A DNA stretch of 64,000 bases from the NCBI GenBank assembly GCA_013239625.1, contig MU053810.1, positions 5,364,071 through 5,428,070 on the forward strand, read 5' to 3'. This stretch comes from Lama guanicoe. Its lineage: Eukaryota. This document shows, piece after piece, positions 1 through 13,879 of this stretch. Position numbers and translations under genes: made by a program. Below the pieces are notes generated by a model. That model had not been told where the DNA came from and made no database searches. It saw only the letters and a program-made list of their open reading frames with translations. Positions within the stretch are counted from its first letter, which is position 1. Each line of letters opens with the position of its first letter.

Positions 1-41
1 ATGTGCCCTGTGGTATGGTCTGTCAATGCAGTAGACATTTG

Positions 42-48
<7 letters not shown>

Positions 49-90
<42 letters not shown>
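49..90. repeat. (GA)n microsatellite
   Basis: Pure GA dinucleotide run. Confidence 0.95.
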
Positions 91-94
<4 letters not shown>

Positions 95-2071
95 TGCACA
101 CTCCTGTATCCTGGAAGCAAATACAATTTCCAGTGCCTCTTCTCACCAGGCCTAAATTTGATCTTTCTATCAGGGATGTCTCTGGATTTGCTACAGTTGT
201 GTTGTAAACAAATTCATCTTTTCCTAAGCAATTTTATTTTTTCCTTTACAAAAATAGGAACCTTCACTTCTGCAATAACAAGGTTGATTGTTTAGCATGT
301 TATATTCTGGAAATACATCAAATAGCAATGATTTAAAAAAACAAGATACACTGTGTTTGAATTATTCATTAGCTTTCTGATTATCATGATTTCAAATTAT
401 CAGCCAGGTTTCCTGCCTAACCCTTACCCACTACAAGGCTAGGTAAGGAAGGCAGACTCTTGAAAGGGTACTTGAGTTGGAAGAAGAGGATTTTTTTCAC
501 ATCCATCAAGCGTAAGTTCTTCTCAGTAAGAACACTGTACCCGCAGACTTAGAAAGTCAGAGCCAGCTCAGCCCCTGATGTGGAAAGCTCAGGGCCTAGC
601 TTATAAGGAAAGACGTCTTCTGAGTTCAAACTGAACTCCTTTGGTTCTGTTTACCTAACTTATGATTTTATGGAAGGCTCACTGAGTGCTAAGTGTTGGA
701 AATCTCAAGAATATTCTCAAAGAGACTAAATGTTTGTGTGAGCAGAAGAAAAATGCTCTTATTGTCAAAGCTGATGGAGTTTTGGACAGACTGCCCTAGA
801 GGGATAGAATATTGTTTAAGCTGAAAATTGTCTTTATATGGAAAAACACCTAACAGGCCTTTAGATGCTATGAATAAGTTTCAGAGCTAATCTGGATGAG
901 GGTGGGAGAGAGGTTGGCTTCCTGGTAGATAAAGGAAGGAAAATGTATGGGTGGGGAGAAGAGGTTAATGAGGACGGCCTTTCTCTGAGGACAGAGATGG
1001 CCAATGAGAAAGTCTCTTTGCTACAGATGACTGGGCAGGGTGGGGGTTTCAAAGTGAAGAGACATCCAGCATTCAATTCTGAGTTATCACCTGCTTTTCT
1101 ATGATGTCCTATTGCCCATTTCTCTCCCAATTTTTAATAACCCTAAACGTCAATAAAATATGTTAAAAAGAACAATTTTCTTTGGTGAGTGAAGGAGGAA
1201 AAGATACCCAGAAAAATTATGAAAGATTTTGTAGTGGAAAAAAAATTACTGAGTATTTAGAGCATCCGCTGTGTACTGGCCAGCTTCCATTGTTTTTGAG
1301 CTATTTTGCAACAACCCTTCTAAGTAGAATGGCAGTGGCAAAGCACAGTACTTGTTCACAAAAGTGAAAATTGTGGGGAGATGCAGTTGATTATTGCCAT
1401 GTGGCATTGACCACTTTTGCTTTGATCTGTAAAAATTTTTTTCAGTGTATATGCATGTATTTTTTTTACTTCTTATTTGAAGCATTGGTAACATCCTACT
1501 GATTCCCTCAGGAGTTTAGTAAGTTAAGTAAAATCTTTGGCATGCGTTCATTTTATACTTGCGTGAACATCACGATTTAATTTTTTCAAATTATTCTTTA
1601 ACAAAGGAGAAGGAGGAGGAGAAGCAGAAACATAGGAGGGAAAATAGGGGCCATACTTTGAGAAAATCTGTGTAGACTGTGAACAAAGAAAGATAAATAT
1701 TGAGAATATATCAGGCGTTAGGATTTGTAGGAAGGGATGGCCATGAAAACAATCACCCTTCTCCTAGAGATGCCACAGAATTCTTGGGAGTATGTGTTAG
1801 AGTTTTCACAAGGAAATTGCCTGAAGTTACTTTATTTGAAAACTAAAAGAAAGAGTAATCTCAGAAAGGGGAAGATCTGGGTACTAACACAGGTAAATAG
1901 ATCATTATAACACAGTGTGGTCATTGTCAGGTTGGAGACAATTACAAGTTTCATGAAGTCATAGCAGGGACCCTTAATCTGCTGACTATATCAGCCACAT
2001 TTTAATTTAGATTTACATTAGCATTTGAAAGTTAAATCAAGTTCTCAGAAATAGAGTTATAAATATTTACA

Positions 2072-2332
2072 CCTATCTACTTCTAATTATCTATCTGATA
2101 TATTCATCCATCTATCATTCTATCTGATGTGTTCATCTATCATCTATGTATTGACCTATATACCTACCTACCTGCCTGCCTGCCTGTCTAGTCTATCCAT
2201 CTATCCAGCCAGCCACCTACCCATCAATTGATCAATCAATCTATCATCTCTCTATTTTCTCTCTCTCTTTCTCTCTCTCCCTCCCTCCTCTCTCTCTCTC
2301 TTTCTCTTTTTCTTTCCATTTATCTATCTATC
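2072..2332. repeat. Degenerate TCTA/CCTG/CT low-complexity tract
   Basis: Repeated tcta, ccta, cctg, tcaa and ctct units. Confidence 0.8.
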
Positions 2333-2974
2333 AGAACTTTTCCCCTCAGACGATGTCCTTCCAGAGATTGGTGGACAGATCACTAATTGCTTTGCAGGCA
2401 TAGTCCAACATTGTCAGAGCAACCGAGAATCCTTTACTTGCTAATATATAATAAAGATATTCTTTTTGAAATAAAATAACACTGTCATTTCTATGTCAAG
2501 GGAGGAAAGATACTCCCCCTCACCATGTTGACTGAAGTGATGCTTATGGAAATTGAGATGACAGAGATGGTTTGGTTCTTCAAGGAGTCTCAGTCAGGGG
2601 AGGGGTAGAGGAGCAGGGTCAGTGTATTGTTCTGTGTGGGAAAAGCTCAGGTCTTTTCTCAGACTTAGTGGTACTCTCCCCTTTTATCTGTGCAAGCTTC
2701 ATTCAATTCTCACTGGGAATTACCACCCCAAATTGGCTTTACTCTAGGGGCACATTTATGGAACCCTACTAGAGGGCTCTCATCCACAAATACCAAAATC
2801 AGAGATCAGAGATGCCCTTGTGACCAGGTAAAAATAACAAGAAATGTAAGGTCAAACAGACCTGTCTTTCCATCCCAGCTCCATGCCTTACCAGCTGTCC
2901 AAACACAGTCAACTCTTAACTTTCCTAGCAATTTCTTTTATATGAGATGTTGAGATAAAATGCTAACCTTGGAA

Positions 2975-3016
2975 ATAGATAGATAGATAGATAGGTAGAT
3001 AGATAGATAGATAGAT
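2975..3016. repeat. (GATA)n tetranucleotide microsatellite
   Basis: atagatagatag... run with one interruption. Confidence 0.9.
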
Positions 3017-5149
3017 CTGTAGAGAAGATAATTGACAAAAGTTGAATATGGTGAGTGTTCAGTGTGATTTCCATTGTTCCCTATAATGGCCAACTCAGGA
3101 AAATGAACTAGATCCGAGATCCTACAGATGGATTTTAGAAAAAAAAGGAAATATGAGATTTCCAAACAATACTTTTTTTAGGGCCATAACAAAAAGGAGA
3201 CAGAATTTGGGGCTTGGGTTCACCTGTCTTTCTGTAATTAGGTTTGTATCTGTCCTGGGAAAGATACGTGATTCTCAGTGAAAATCAACACGGTTCCTTG
3301 CTTTCTAACCTCCTTCAGCACTGTTAAAATCATAATGTTATAATAATAAATGCAGTAATAAAAGCATCCTGGCTAATCAATAGTCTGCACCTCTGGGTGA
3401 CTGACTGACTCTCTAGCAAGGGGGTTCTAGCCTTTGAGCTTCTGTGTAAAAGAATCATGAATGAAGGGGGAGTGAGAGCTGCTGTTTGTACTCACTTTTC
3501 AACACCAGCACATTCTGAATTTGTTTGTGGCAGGCAGACTCAGCCTCTAGATTCCATCACCCCCACGGCTAGTCATCGACTTGACTCCTACCCACAAAGT
3601 TGCCTTTAGCTGGGAATAAGAGCCTCCTAATCAGCAAGGATGACTCAGTGTGACTTTTCTGTCTCTGATTATTTTCCTGGGATGTTGACATCCACAGCAT
3701 AATGCCGTGGCCCTGCTAACGTGCCTCTTTCTCTTCCTAGGACTGTCTGTAAACATTGCTATTTCAGGGAATGCCATCAAAGCCAAGGCTAGGAAAAGAA
3801 TTCCCAGAATGTCCATGAGAAGGTCACAGTTTAAAAGGATTTTCAGGCACAACCAAGAGCGCTCACAATTTCGATACCATTCATCCTTCACGTCAACACT
3901 TCCTGCAGGGCTGTTAAGCCTCCCTACTTCTGAAGGGAAGACGACTTAGCTGCCTGTGCTGTGGGCACCCCTGTTTGTGTGGTATTTTAAACACCCTGAA
4001 AAAGAGATATGATTTGACTTGGTGTACTCTTCATTCATCTGTTTGAAAAATAAGTGATTTGTGGTCTTGGGACTAGGCTGAATGGGGTGGTTTTAAAAAG
4101 AAAAAAAAAAGAAGAAAAAGGAAGATAAAGTAAGGTTTCTGTGAGAATAGGTTTTTCACAAACAAGGTGAGGCAAAGCCCTAGATTGTGTGCTTTCTTGC
4201 ATGGGAAGAAAAACCACAAAAGTTGCAGTAATTTTCTTTAAAGAGGTGACAGTCCCTCGCCCATGCTGGTGAATATTTTGAATCACTGAGATTTAAGCAG
4301 TTGCTATAGGCAACATATTTCTCAAACTATTCAACTCTGAAGGGAGGTAAAAATTATAGAAAATCACATAATTGCTCTCCTTTGCAAAATAAGAGTATAG
4401 TCTTCATTTCTGTCTTTTAGGAATCTTAAAAGCTTTTTTTTTTCCCCTACAAAATATTTTGAATTCTTCAGAGAAGGAAGCTCTGGAAATACTAAGAGAT
4501 TTTTCTTTTTTAATGTATTAGTAAAATAGTCTTCTCCCATTAAACCGTATTTGTACATGTAGGTTTTCTCAGGCTTTGTCTTACTTTCTTGCTTCTGACA
4601 ATTCCCTTTATGTGAATTTTCAGATTTATGGCAGTTTGTGAAAATCAAGAACAGCAAAACCAAGTTATGAATAAGGCTTCTTTTTAACTTCAGCTGGTGG
4701 ATGTGGACAGGAATGGTGTCCTGTCCCCTGAGCTCCCATGGGTCACCCATATTTCTTGCAGGTTTATCAACTTCTTAGAGGTTCTGGAGGACCAAACCTT
4801 GCTTCATCCATCACTGAAAGGAGTTTCTGTTATAAAATTTCAGGGAATCCTCAAGGTACAAAGCGAATATGAACACATTCAATTGCATAATCTATTACTT
4901 TGGGAGCAGGATTTCCACTTAAAAGTACCCAGGGTCCTCTAGAAAAGAGTGTGACATGATCTCATATTTCATTGATGCATCAGAAGTGTGCAGATTAACC
5001 CCTGTACTCTCTCAGAGGCAACTAAGTACTTATGTCCAGTCAATAGGAATATTTCCTTTGCCAGATGTGGACCCACTGTTGTATTTTCCTTTGTGCTTAA
5101 TTGTTGAAACTTGTAGTTACAAGTGTGATAAATCATTATAATAATTATA

Positions 5150-5340
5150 ATTATAATAATACTCACCGTTTGTTGTGAACTCGACAGAGCAATGAGAAAT
5201 GTCTTACATGTTATCTCATTTAACCTTCCTACTAACCCATGAAGCAAGCCTCACCCCCACCACTTTACAGATGAGGAAACAAAGGCTTAGAGAAAGTAAC
5301 TTGCCTAGGGCATACATCTAGAAAGTGGCAGAACTGGAGA
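5150..5340 (-). mobile_element. MIR SINE remnant
   Basis: MIR core motifs: tctcatttaaccttc...tttacagatgaggaaacaaaggcttagagaaagtaacttgcctaggg. Confidence 0.75.
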
Positions 5341-6054
5341 GTATTTATACAAGTTATTAGGTGTTGTGTTTGGGGTTTTTTTTCTTTAATTTTCAGCAAT
5401 CCCACCTAGAAGGACAGAGTAAGATGTCTGTAAGTTTTCTGCATATGCTTGTCTGTTTCTGATCAGCTATGAAACCACAAATGAAGACAAGAACATTAAC
5501 AAGGACTAGTGTGTGTTCTATTACTTTGCTTCATTGGTACTGGAAGATTTAGTTCACCTCGTGATAAATTAGCTAGTTCATTCATTTACAATTGTTTCTT
5601 GTCTGAGTCTTCTGATTTTATTTATCCTCAAGCCCCTGCTCAAATCTACCTCCTCCACCAAACCTACCTTGGTATATGTTTATCTGCTTGTCTTTATAGT
5701 TACGTATTTGTTATTTCTTTGTTCCCAAGATGTGATATGTGGGCTGTTGGGGAGACATGAGATGGTTCTAAATGATCCCCAAACATTTTTAATAGTTGAA
5801 TTTTATGTCGTTTATTAGAGAAAACCTACCACATTAAATCTGTAGTTCACAAATATTACTGTTTATGGCAAAACTAAATTTATTTGTCAACTATAAATAC
5901 TAAATAAGTGACAGTAGAGTTGAAAATATGGAATGTATCTTCTTAAATTAAGGAGAGATTGCAGAATACCATATCCAGTGGTACATTAGTATGTTTCATA
6001 TTGTTATTTAACGGTCACTAGTGTTTTATTTTGCAGACAACACCTGTTATCATC

Positions 6055-6290
6055 ATTAACACTTACTGAACACTTACCACATGTCCACGCCTATACTAAA
6101 CACATAGATGCATGTTCTTAATTTGTATAATAACTCTTTGAGGTAGGTACCATTATAAACACATTTTCTAAAAGAGGAAACTGAGAATTAGAGAGGTTAA
6201 GAACCCTGCTTGAGTGCACACAGTTAGACAACAGAGTCAGGGTGAAAATCCAGGTCTGTCTAATGCCAGAACACATCTTTTCACTCCATA
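6055..6290 (-). mobile_element. MIR SINE remnant
   Basis: acttactgaacacttaccacatgt...gaggtaggtacc...aagaggaaactgag...agaggttaag core. Confidence 0.75.
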
Positions 6291-6618
6291 TACCTCCTCC
6301 TTCACATACAGATATTTCCCAGATTAGAGATTCCTGGCGGGTGTTATGGCATCTGAAATTACTGCTGGAATATCTTGGCCTTTCAGTAAACATTTAGAAA
6401 GCTAGAATTTCTCAAAAAGAAGGAAGACTTTTTAAAAAGGAAAAGATTTTTCTTTTAGAAGAATATAAAATAAATATTTAGTACTGGGATAATATTGTGG
6501 CCTTTTCAGTAACAAGCTGAGTATATGTCAATTCTAAGATAATTCTTTGTGCCTTCAGTTTTTCTTTACACACTTCTTATTGGGTGAAGAACAACCTTCT
6601 AACACTTTCTTTGCTCCA

Positions 6619-6660
6619 ACACACACACACACACACAGAGAGAGAGAGAAAGAGATAGAG
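6619..6660. repeat. Compound (CA)n(GA)n microsatellite
   Basis: CA run followed directly by a GA run. Confidence 0.85.
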
Positions 6661-7238
6661 ATGAGAGATACATACACAGTCTTTTCTTTAGCTATCAAGC
6701 CAAAATTCTGTTTCAGGCAAGCTGATCTAGGAAACATAACTGACTTTGGGGGCATATTCAGTTTGGGGGACATTAGCTGATTTTGTGGACTGCCAACTTT
6801 TCCATTTCATCGCCTGAACTGTCAGTTCTCTGTACACTAAACAAAAAGATAAGAACATCAATCCCTTAAAATCTGTGTTGGTTCAAAAAACAAAAGGAAA
6901 CCAAACCCCCCAAAGCCAGGTTGACTTCATTTCAAATCCTTTTCATTTTTAACAGAGAAAAATCTCCTTTATCTTTTATTGATGAACTCTGGAGACTGAT
7001 TCAGATTTTTGGTACATGGCATTCTCAATTATTAAAGTAGGTTCATTATGGTGATTATGGGAAGAAAAAAGCCACCCTAGTTTCCCCAAGTCATCGCCTT
7101 TCTCAATTTCAGCCTGAAATAAGAATGCTGAGTTCCTCTTAGGTAGACAGTGAATGACCCAATTCCTCTAGTCTTGGCCTGGGTATGTGTATTAGTCAGA
7201 ACTCTCCAGGGGAACAGAATCAATAAGATGTACACTTA

Positions 7239-7368
7239 CAGTTCACCCTTGAATAACGTGGGGGTTATTGGTGCTACCCTCTGGACAGTTGAAAATGCGC
7301 GTGTAATTTATAGTCAGCCTTCTGTATCTGTGGTTGTGCATCTGTGGATTCAACCAGCTGTGGATTGA
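7239..7368. mobile_element. TcMar-Tigger-type DNA transposon fragment nested in the MLT2 LTR
   Basis: TA followed by cagttcacccttgaataacgtgggggtt, a Tigger2/MER8-like terminal inverted repeat. The second end is absent. Confidence 0.65.
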
Positions 7369-7377
7369 TCAATCGAT

Positions 7378-7640
7378 CAATCTGGAGGCCCCAGAGAGTC
7401 CAAAGACAACAAGCTTAAGACCCCAAAAGAGCCAGTATTTCAGTTCAAGTCTGAAGGCAGAAAAAAAAAAACAATGTCCCTACTCAGAGGCAATCAGGCA
7501 GGAGGAGTACAATCTGGAGGCCCCGGAGAGTCCAAAGACAACAAGCTTAAGACCCCAAAAGAGCCAGTATTTCAGTTCAAGTCTGAAGGCAGAAAAAAAA
7601 AAACAATGTCCCTACTCAGAGGCAATCAGGCAGGAGGAGT
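7378..7640. repeat. Two-copy tandem duplication, period 132 bp
   Basis: 7378-7508 and 7510-7640 are identical apart from one substitution (ccccagag vs ccccggag). Confidence 0.95.
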
Positions 7641-10073
7641 TTCCTCTCATTTATGGGAGAGTCAGACTTTTGTTCTATTCATTCCTTCAACTGATTAGAT
7701 GAGGCCCACCCACATTCAGGAGCGCAGCCTGCTCTACTCAGTCCACTGATTCAATCTCATCCAAAAGCAATCTTACAGACACACCCAGAATAATGTCTGG
7801 CAAAATATCTGGGCACCCTGTGCCCAAGTCAAATTGACACATAAAATGAACCATCACAGGATACTCTCAATATTGTAGTGAAACAACTTTAGACTCCAGT
7901 CTCTGCTGATTCTCAGTCCCCAAGTTTGCAGAATTTCCCTAAGGCCGAACAAGTTCTAAGCTCCTTTAATGCACTTCTGAATGCTAGGTCCTCAGTAAGA
8001 AATCAGTAAACGTTGCTGACATTAATTTGCTTACAGTGCCAAGGACAGTAAATGTTGGAGGAAGCACAAATGTAACAGTGGGCTCCATCAGCTAAAATTC
8101 TGTTTCCTATACACTCATTTCAGGTGTTAAGAGACTAGACTGAATCCCTGGAAGATAGGAACAGATGAGACTAGCAGAGTGCATAACACACTGTAGATAA
8201 GAAATAAATGTTTATTGTATTGAGGATTCTAAGGGGAGCTCTGAAAGGTACATTAACTCCAACACATCAGATTTTTTTAACACTTCCATAATTATTCAAG
8301 TGAGATGGTAAAACGTTTTTAAAGTGTGATTAGTAGAAGTTACTATAAATTAATAATACCTTCAGGTGTATGTTTGCTCTCAGAACAACCTTTGGTACTT
8401 TGTCCCAAAAAGGATGCTCAAAATACTTCTGCACGTTCTAGAAAATGAATGGGCATACAGGGTTTTGAGGATGAACTACAGCAATGATTTGCATTTTCTT
8501 CCCTGTTGCCAAAAATAATGTTAATGCCGCCTGGTGATCATGGCAGGGAAAACAAATGCCCTTTGTCTTTCCCCTTGTCAGAAACACACTCAATCATTCA
8601 GGGTTGTTTGAAGTAACTTCTTCTATTTTTGGTCCTGCTTTTATGAGCATGGAATCTCTCTTTGGAACCCGGGGAATGCTTCCCGGGAAAGAGTCATATT
8701 GCAATAGGTTAATCTGTGACGGCCATTTGTATGTGCCTCTCATGGTCTGGAGGGACCCGTGTCACATTGGGAAAGTGATGAGTTTTCCCTTCTCCTGAGC
8801 ATTCTACCGGATATATGAAAGCACACTGGTGCCATGTGTCAAACCTATTTTTAAGAAAAAAAGAGATTGAACAGCACCTATCCTGCCATAGGCAAATGTC
8901 TCATACTCCAACAAACTCTTGCTATCCCAGTGTCATTTATCAGAGTTAATCAAAAGTCATCCAAGAAACTAATTCTGTAATCTGTCACACTGCCCTCTGC
9001 CGGCCTGGCCTGTACTTGCTGGTATGGAAAATGAAAAATTCTTCAAGACACTGGGGAGGGAAATTTGAGACTCTTCCTCTGGACTGGACCATTGGTTATA
9101 GCTCTCCCACTGGAATCCACAAATATATCCCCCAAATGCCATTTATTCAACACTTATGGAGCATGTACTTTGCTAGGCAATGTAGACACTGAGAATATAA
9201 CAATCACCCAATTGCCCCTCTAAAGAAGCTTCCAGTCTGGCAGGAGGGATGGTCTGGTAAACTAGTAATGATAGAAGAGGTGAAAATACCCACATTTGGG
9301 TAATGAGGGTGTTGGTGGTTTTGCTGATCACGACTATGGACCGTACTCATTCTGTTGCTATAAGAAAAAGACCATATCCTGGTCCCGATGCACTTACCAC
9401 AAATATTTAGCATTGTAGACTTGTGACACTCCACATTTCCTTTGAGTAGGGGCCTATCCCATTGTTTGTCTGGAAGATTAATGTTTAAGGATGCCTGGTC
9501 ATAATTTGGAGGAATAGAGAAAATGTGGTGAATGGTTAGGCCCGATGTTTTAATATACAGTTACAGAGACGTCCTCAATCACTGAGACGTGCCTGGAACA
9601 GCAACCCAATTTCTAACACACTTGGTGCTCCGTGCCTTCTGACCAAGATTCCTTGCTTCAACAAACCATGTCAGCAATATAATTTGGTTGGTTAAAATGT
9701 AAAGAATAACAAATGAATCATTTGCAATTATATCAAAAGTATGGCCAAAATTTAACCCGAGGGTCTTCCAGGTAAATCTCGGGATGCAGGTGATATGAGG
9801 TCAGAGTAAAGGGAAGGTGAGCCGAGGTCTGAGATGGTGACTGAGGGAGGAGTCTTTATCTTTAACTGTACTTTGCAATATCAGAATCTCAAGGGGTCAT
9901 TTTTTCTTCCAGCTTATTTCACTTTTCTGATGTTAGAATAATTGCCATTCAGTGGGATCTTGGTCCAAAGGTATTGGTCAATTGAATCAAGGAATTTCAT
10001 TGCTTTCCAACTAATCGTGCTTGTTCTATGATAACAGAATTCAATTTTTCACAAACTTCAATTAAGAAACCAT

Positions 10074-10244
10074 GGGGGAAGGGTATAGATCAAGTGGTAG
10101 AGTGCATACTGACGAAGCACAAGGTCCTGGGTTCAATCCCCAGTACCTCCTCTGAACATACATACATAAATAAATAAATAAATAAATAATCTAATTACCT
10201 CCCCCCCAAAAATAAATAAAAATAAATTTAAAAAAATTTTTAAA
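10074..10244 (+). mobile_element. tRNA-Ala-derived SINE (camelid vic-1-like)
   Basis: gggggaagggtatagatcaagtggtagag...gtcctgggttcaatccccagtacctcc, then (TAAA)n, ctaattacctcccc and an A-rich tail. Probable TSD AAGAAAC(C/T)AT at 10064-10073 and 10245-10254. Confidence 0.85.
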
Positions 10245-10549
10245 AAGAAACTATATCTATAAAAGCATTTAAAGCATGACTAAATGAACACAGTTTAATA
10301 CATATCTATTCCCTCTCACAATTTGCATTAATAATTGCTTAGTTCAACCTGTTTTTCTCTTATGCTTGAGTAGAATGTACCTTTCTGATGCATTCTGATT
10401 TTTTTTGGTTTTCTTTTTGTTTTTGCATTTTTTTTAAACATGTCCATGATTCCACGTTCTCTATAGCTATTTTTTGATAAAAATTTCACACTAGAATTTT
10501 CTCCTTCGTTCTTGATTTTTCTTTGTCTCCCGATATTTGCTTGTTTCAT

Positions 10550-11510
10550 TTTATTATTTGTTTGTTTGTTTGTTTGTTTATTTATTTATTTATTTATTTA
10601 TTATTGAAGTGTAGTTGATTTATAATATTATATTAGTTTCAGGTGTTCATCAGCAATTCAATATTTTTCCAGATCATACTCCACTTGAGGTTGTTACAAA
10701 ATAATGGCACTATTTCCCTGGGTTGTACAGTAGATCCTTGTTGCCTACTTATTTTATATGTAGTCATTTGTATCTCTTAGTCTTTTACCCCTGTCTTGCC
10801 CCTCTCCGTTTCTCTCTTCCCCCTGGTAACCACTGTTCTCTGCCTCTGTGTGTCTGTTTCTTTTTTGTTATATTCACTAGTTTGTTTTATTTTTTTAGAT
10901 TCTGTATATAAGTGATAACACAGAGTACTTGTCTTTCTCTGCCTGACATAGTTCGCTAGCATAACACCCTCTAGGTTCATCCACATTGTTGCAAATGGCC
11001 AAATTTCTTTTTTTGTGTATGGCTGACTAATATTCCATTGTATATACATACCACATATTCTTTATTTCTCTGTTGAGTTGATGGATACTTATGTTGTCTC
11101 CATATCTTGGCAATTCTAAATAGTGCTGCTATGAACATTGGGGTGCATATATCTTTTTGAATTAGTGTTCTTGTTTTCTTCTGATAGATATCCAGAAATA
11201 GAATTTCTGGATCATGTGGTAATTATATTTTTAGCTTTTTGAGAAACCGCCATACTGTTTTTTACAGTGACTACACCAATTTACATTCCCACTAACAGTG
11301 TACAAGGGTTCCCTTTTCGCCACACCCTCATCAACAATTGTTATTTTTAGACTTTTTGATAATAGCTATTCTGACAGGTGTGAGCTGACGCTTCATTGTG
11401 GTTTCAATTCACGTTTCTCTGATGATTAGTGATGTTGAGCATCTTTTCGTGTGCCTGTTGACCACCTGTATATCTTCTTTGGAAAAATGTCTATTCAGGT
11501 CTTCTCTCCC
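10550..11510 (-). mobile_element. L1 LINE 3' fragment (ORF2 C-terminus, 3'UTR, T-rich tail)
   Basis: (TTTG/TTTA)n tail at the left. The minus-strand translation contains KKEIWPFATMWMNLEGVML, typical of L1 3' ends. Confidence 0.9.
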
Positions 11511-12329
11511 ATAAAATGTAGAGCTATTTTTAGACATCTTGTGATCCGGAAAATAGAGGATTTTCTAATAACTGGTCTTCCCACCAGTTTGTTTCACCCC
11601 ATTAGGATGGCAATATTCAGTAACAAAGTATTTTTAAGAATGTCCATAAATTGGCAACTCAATTTCATCTTGAGAGGTAAAATGTTATAAAGAGTGCAGT
11701 TTGGGTCCTGAACCAAAAAAATCTCAGAATCTTTAATAACAGATGAAGTTAAATGGCTCTTAATTTATTTAAACTGAAAAATGCCCTTCTAAAAACAGAC
11801 TTAGATCATGAGACCAGTAAAGAACGTATCTGAAGATTCCACGATCAGAAATAGCCAGCATAACACAGGAAATGTGATCCTTCTTTGGAAATGTAGAGAG
11901 GACTTAAGTGCAGGTACTTAGACGTTCTCTGATAAAGTGACAATGACTGAACATTTATCTGGATTAGGAGTTTAACGAGGGGAAGAGAAAAAGCCTTTAG
12001 TCAGAAATGATCTACGGGATAGGAATGAAGACCAGCTTTACCTTTTGTGTGCTTTGCAGACATATATTTCTGTGTCTCTAATACAATAAATAAATACTCT
12101 CCAGCACTTGGGATTATTTATATTGCTGTGGCCCCTCTGTCATGTACTCTTATTTCAGATCTCTTTTGTTACCCTCAGGTTTGCTGATTACCCACCTCCC
12201 TTCTCTTGTCACTGTGACTTTTTCAATTTTGCTTTAGATCTTCCAACTGTCTTACTAAGAAAATATATGACGTGAGAGTCTTAATCTTTCTCATCCAGTG
12301 CAATGCTAGAAATGTAGCAACAGATGGTG

Positions 12330-12560
12330 GGGGCATACAAAGCAGGGACCAATGAACTGTTCAGATTTAAATCCCAGCTTGGCCCCTGGCTCAGATCTTT
12401 GACTCTTGGCCATTCGTTAAGAGTTTGAGCCTAATTTTTTGCATATTTCATAGAGATTTCAAAACGCACATAGAGTTGTTGCGAGGATTAGATGAGATAA
12501 TCTATGTAAACCCTTAGCTCAGTAATTGGCCCTTAACAAAGTTTAGTTTTTATTGTTATT
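12330..12560 (+). mobile_element. MIR remnant
   Basis: tttaaatcccagcttggc...agagttgttgcgaggattagatgagataatctatgtaaacccttagc. Confidence 0.65.
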
Positions 12561-12889
12561 ACTATTTCTTCATCGCTACAAAGAATCTGGTCCCCTGCAG
12601 ATTGCTAAAAGGTTAAGAAGTTATTGGGTGAATAGGCAAAAGCGGGGAGTGTTTGTTTTTGTTTTTACAATCTTTAGTGCTTGGACTCTGGACTTCACTT
12701 GATCATAAAAGGAGTAGAGTGTGTGTGTGTGTGTGTGTATAAGAGAGATACAGAGACAAAGTCAGTGACACTAATAATTTTGAGATTGGACACAACACCT
12801 GGAAATCGCTTAGTCTTTACACTACTCTACCTCTTTGCTGGCTTCATTTTCCCTGCCCACCCTCCCTGCTTCAACTGTCCTTGAGTCTC

Positions 12890-13260
12890 CTGTTCCCTTC
12901 ATCACACTGTCCCAAGAAGATCACATCCATTCACACCCCTGGTTCCAACACTCACACATCTGCTGATGTGGCACCAAAATCTCTATTTCAAGCTCCCCTG
13001 AGTTTTAGATTTGGATTCTACTGGCTCCTAGGGCATCTCCCTTAGCACTTCCCTTAGTCTTTTTCAAACTCAGCATTTTAAAATCTGGAGACGTTATTTT
13101 TAAACCCCTCTCTCAGCTGCTAACATGCTTGTCCTGAGTTCCTTCCATGGCCAGGAGTGTCACCATCTACCCCAAACCTCTAGCTTAATGACCTTAGAGT
13201 CGTTCTGAACCCCATCTTCTAAGTCAGCCCTACTTCTAAATCAACTCGCATTTCTTTGTA
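12890..13260 (+). mobile_element. L2 LINE remnant
   Basis: catctgctgatgtggcaccaaaatctcta...gggcatctcc...caaactcagcat motifs typical of L2. Confidence 0.55.
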
Positions 13261-13879
13261 GTGCTTAGAGGGTGCTTAGTGAAAATCAACACAAATTGAT
13301 GCCTCAAAGCATTGACTGCAATGTTGTGCTTTACTCAAGTCTTCCAGTGGAGACAAAAAAAAATCACTTTGCATAACTCAGAGAAGTATTTTCTTCTGAA
13401 AGTTTCAGTCCTTGTGGCAGCTGCTCCCAGTCTCTCCAGCCTCCCCATCTTCCTCTTTTTGGCTCTAACCCCTACTCTCACCCCGCAGCCTCATTCACCT
13501 TCCTGAATCTTTCCCTCTGGATGTCTTTCTGTTCTTATATCATGCAGTAAATTTGGCCTCTCTGTACTTCTTCAATTCAGGAATTAGAGTTCTAACGAGT
13601 CAACCTGACAGAGTCCACTATCTAACCAGATGAAAAGTGAAATCTCTACTCTGAACACTCTGCCCTTTCCCTGGGCTTCTGGTCCAGCTTTTCCTATTCG
13701 CCCTTAAGGTCTAACTCCAAGATTCCCCACATCTTTTCTGAAGCTCTCAGCAACCCCCACACCCAACACAGAAAATAACTCCTTTTTCTGGATTCTCAAA
13801 GGACTCTGAACACACAAATTGTGCCCGTATATTCTCTCCCACGAGAGGTCAGCTCCTCAGAGATGACTCCACTAATGCA

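Larger units (their letters stand above)
7186..7859 (-). mobile_element. MLT2-type (ERVL) solo LTR, interrupted
   Basis: Begins tgtattagtcagaactctccaggggaacagaa and ends ccaagtcaaattgacacataaaatgaaccatcaca, the recalled MLT2 termini in reverse orientation. Confidence 0.8.

Noticed and set aside
7334..7702. ORFs with an internal 44-aa repeat
   Set aside because: A by-product of the 132-bp duplication within LTR sequence.
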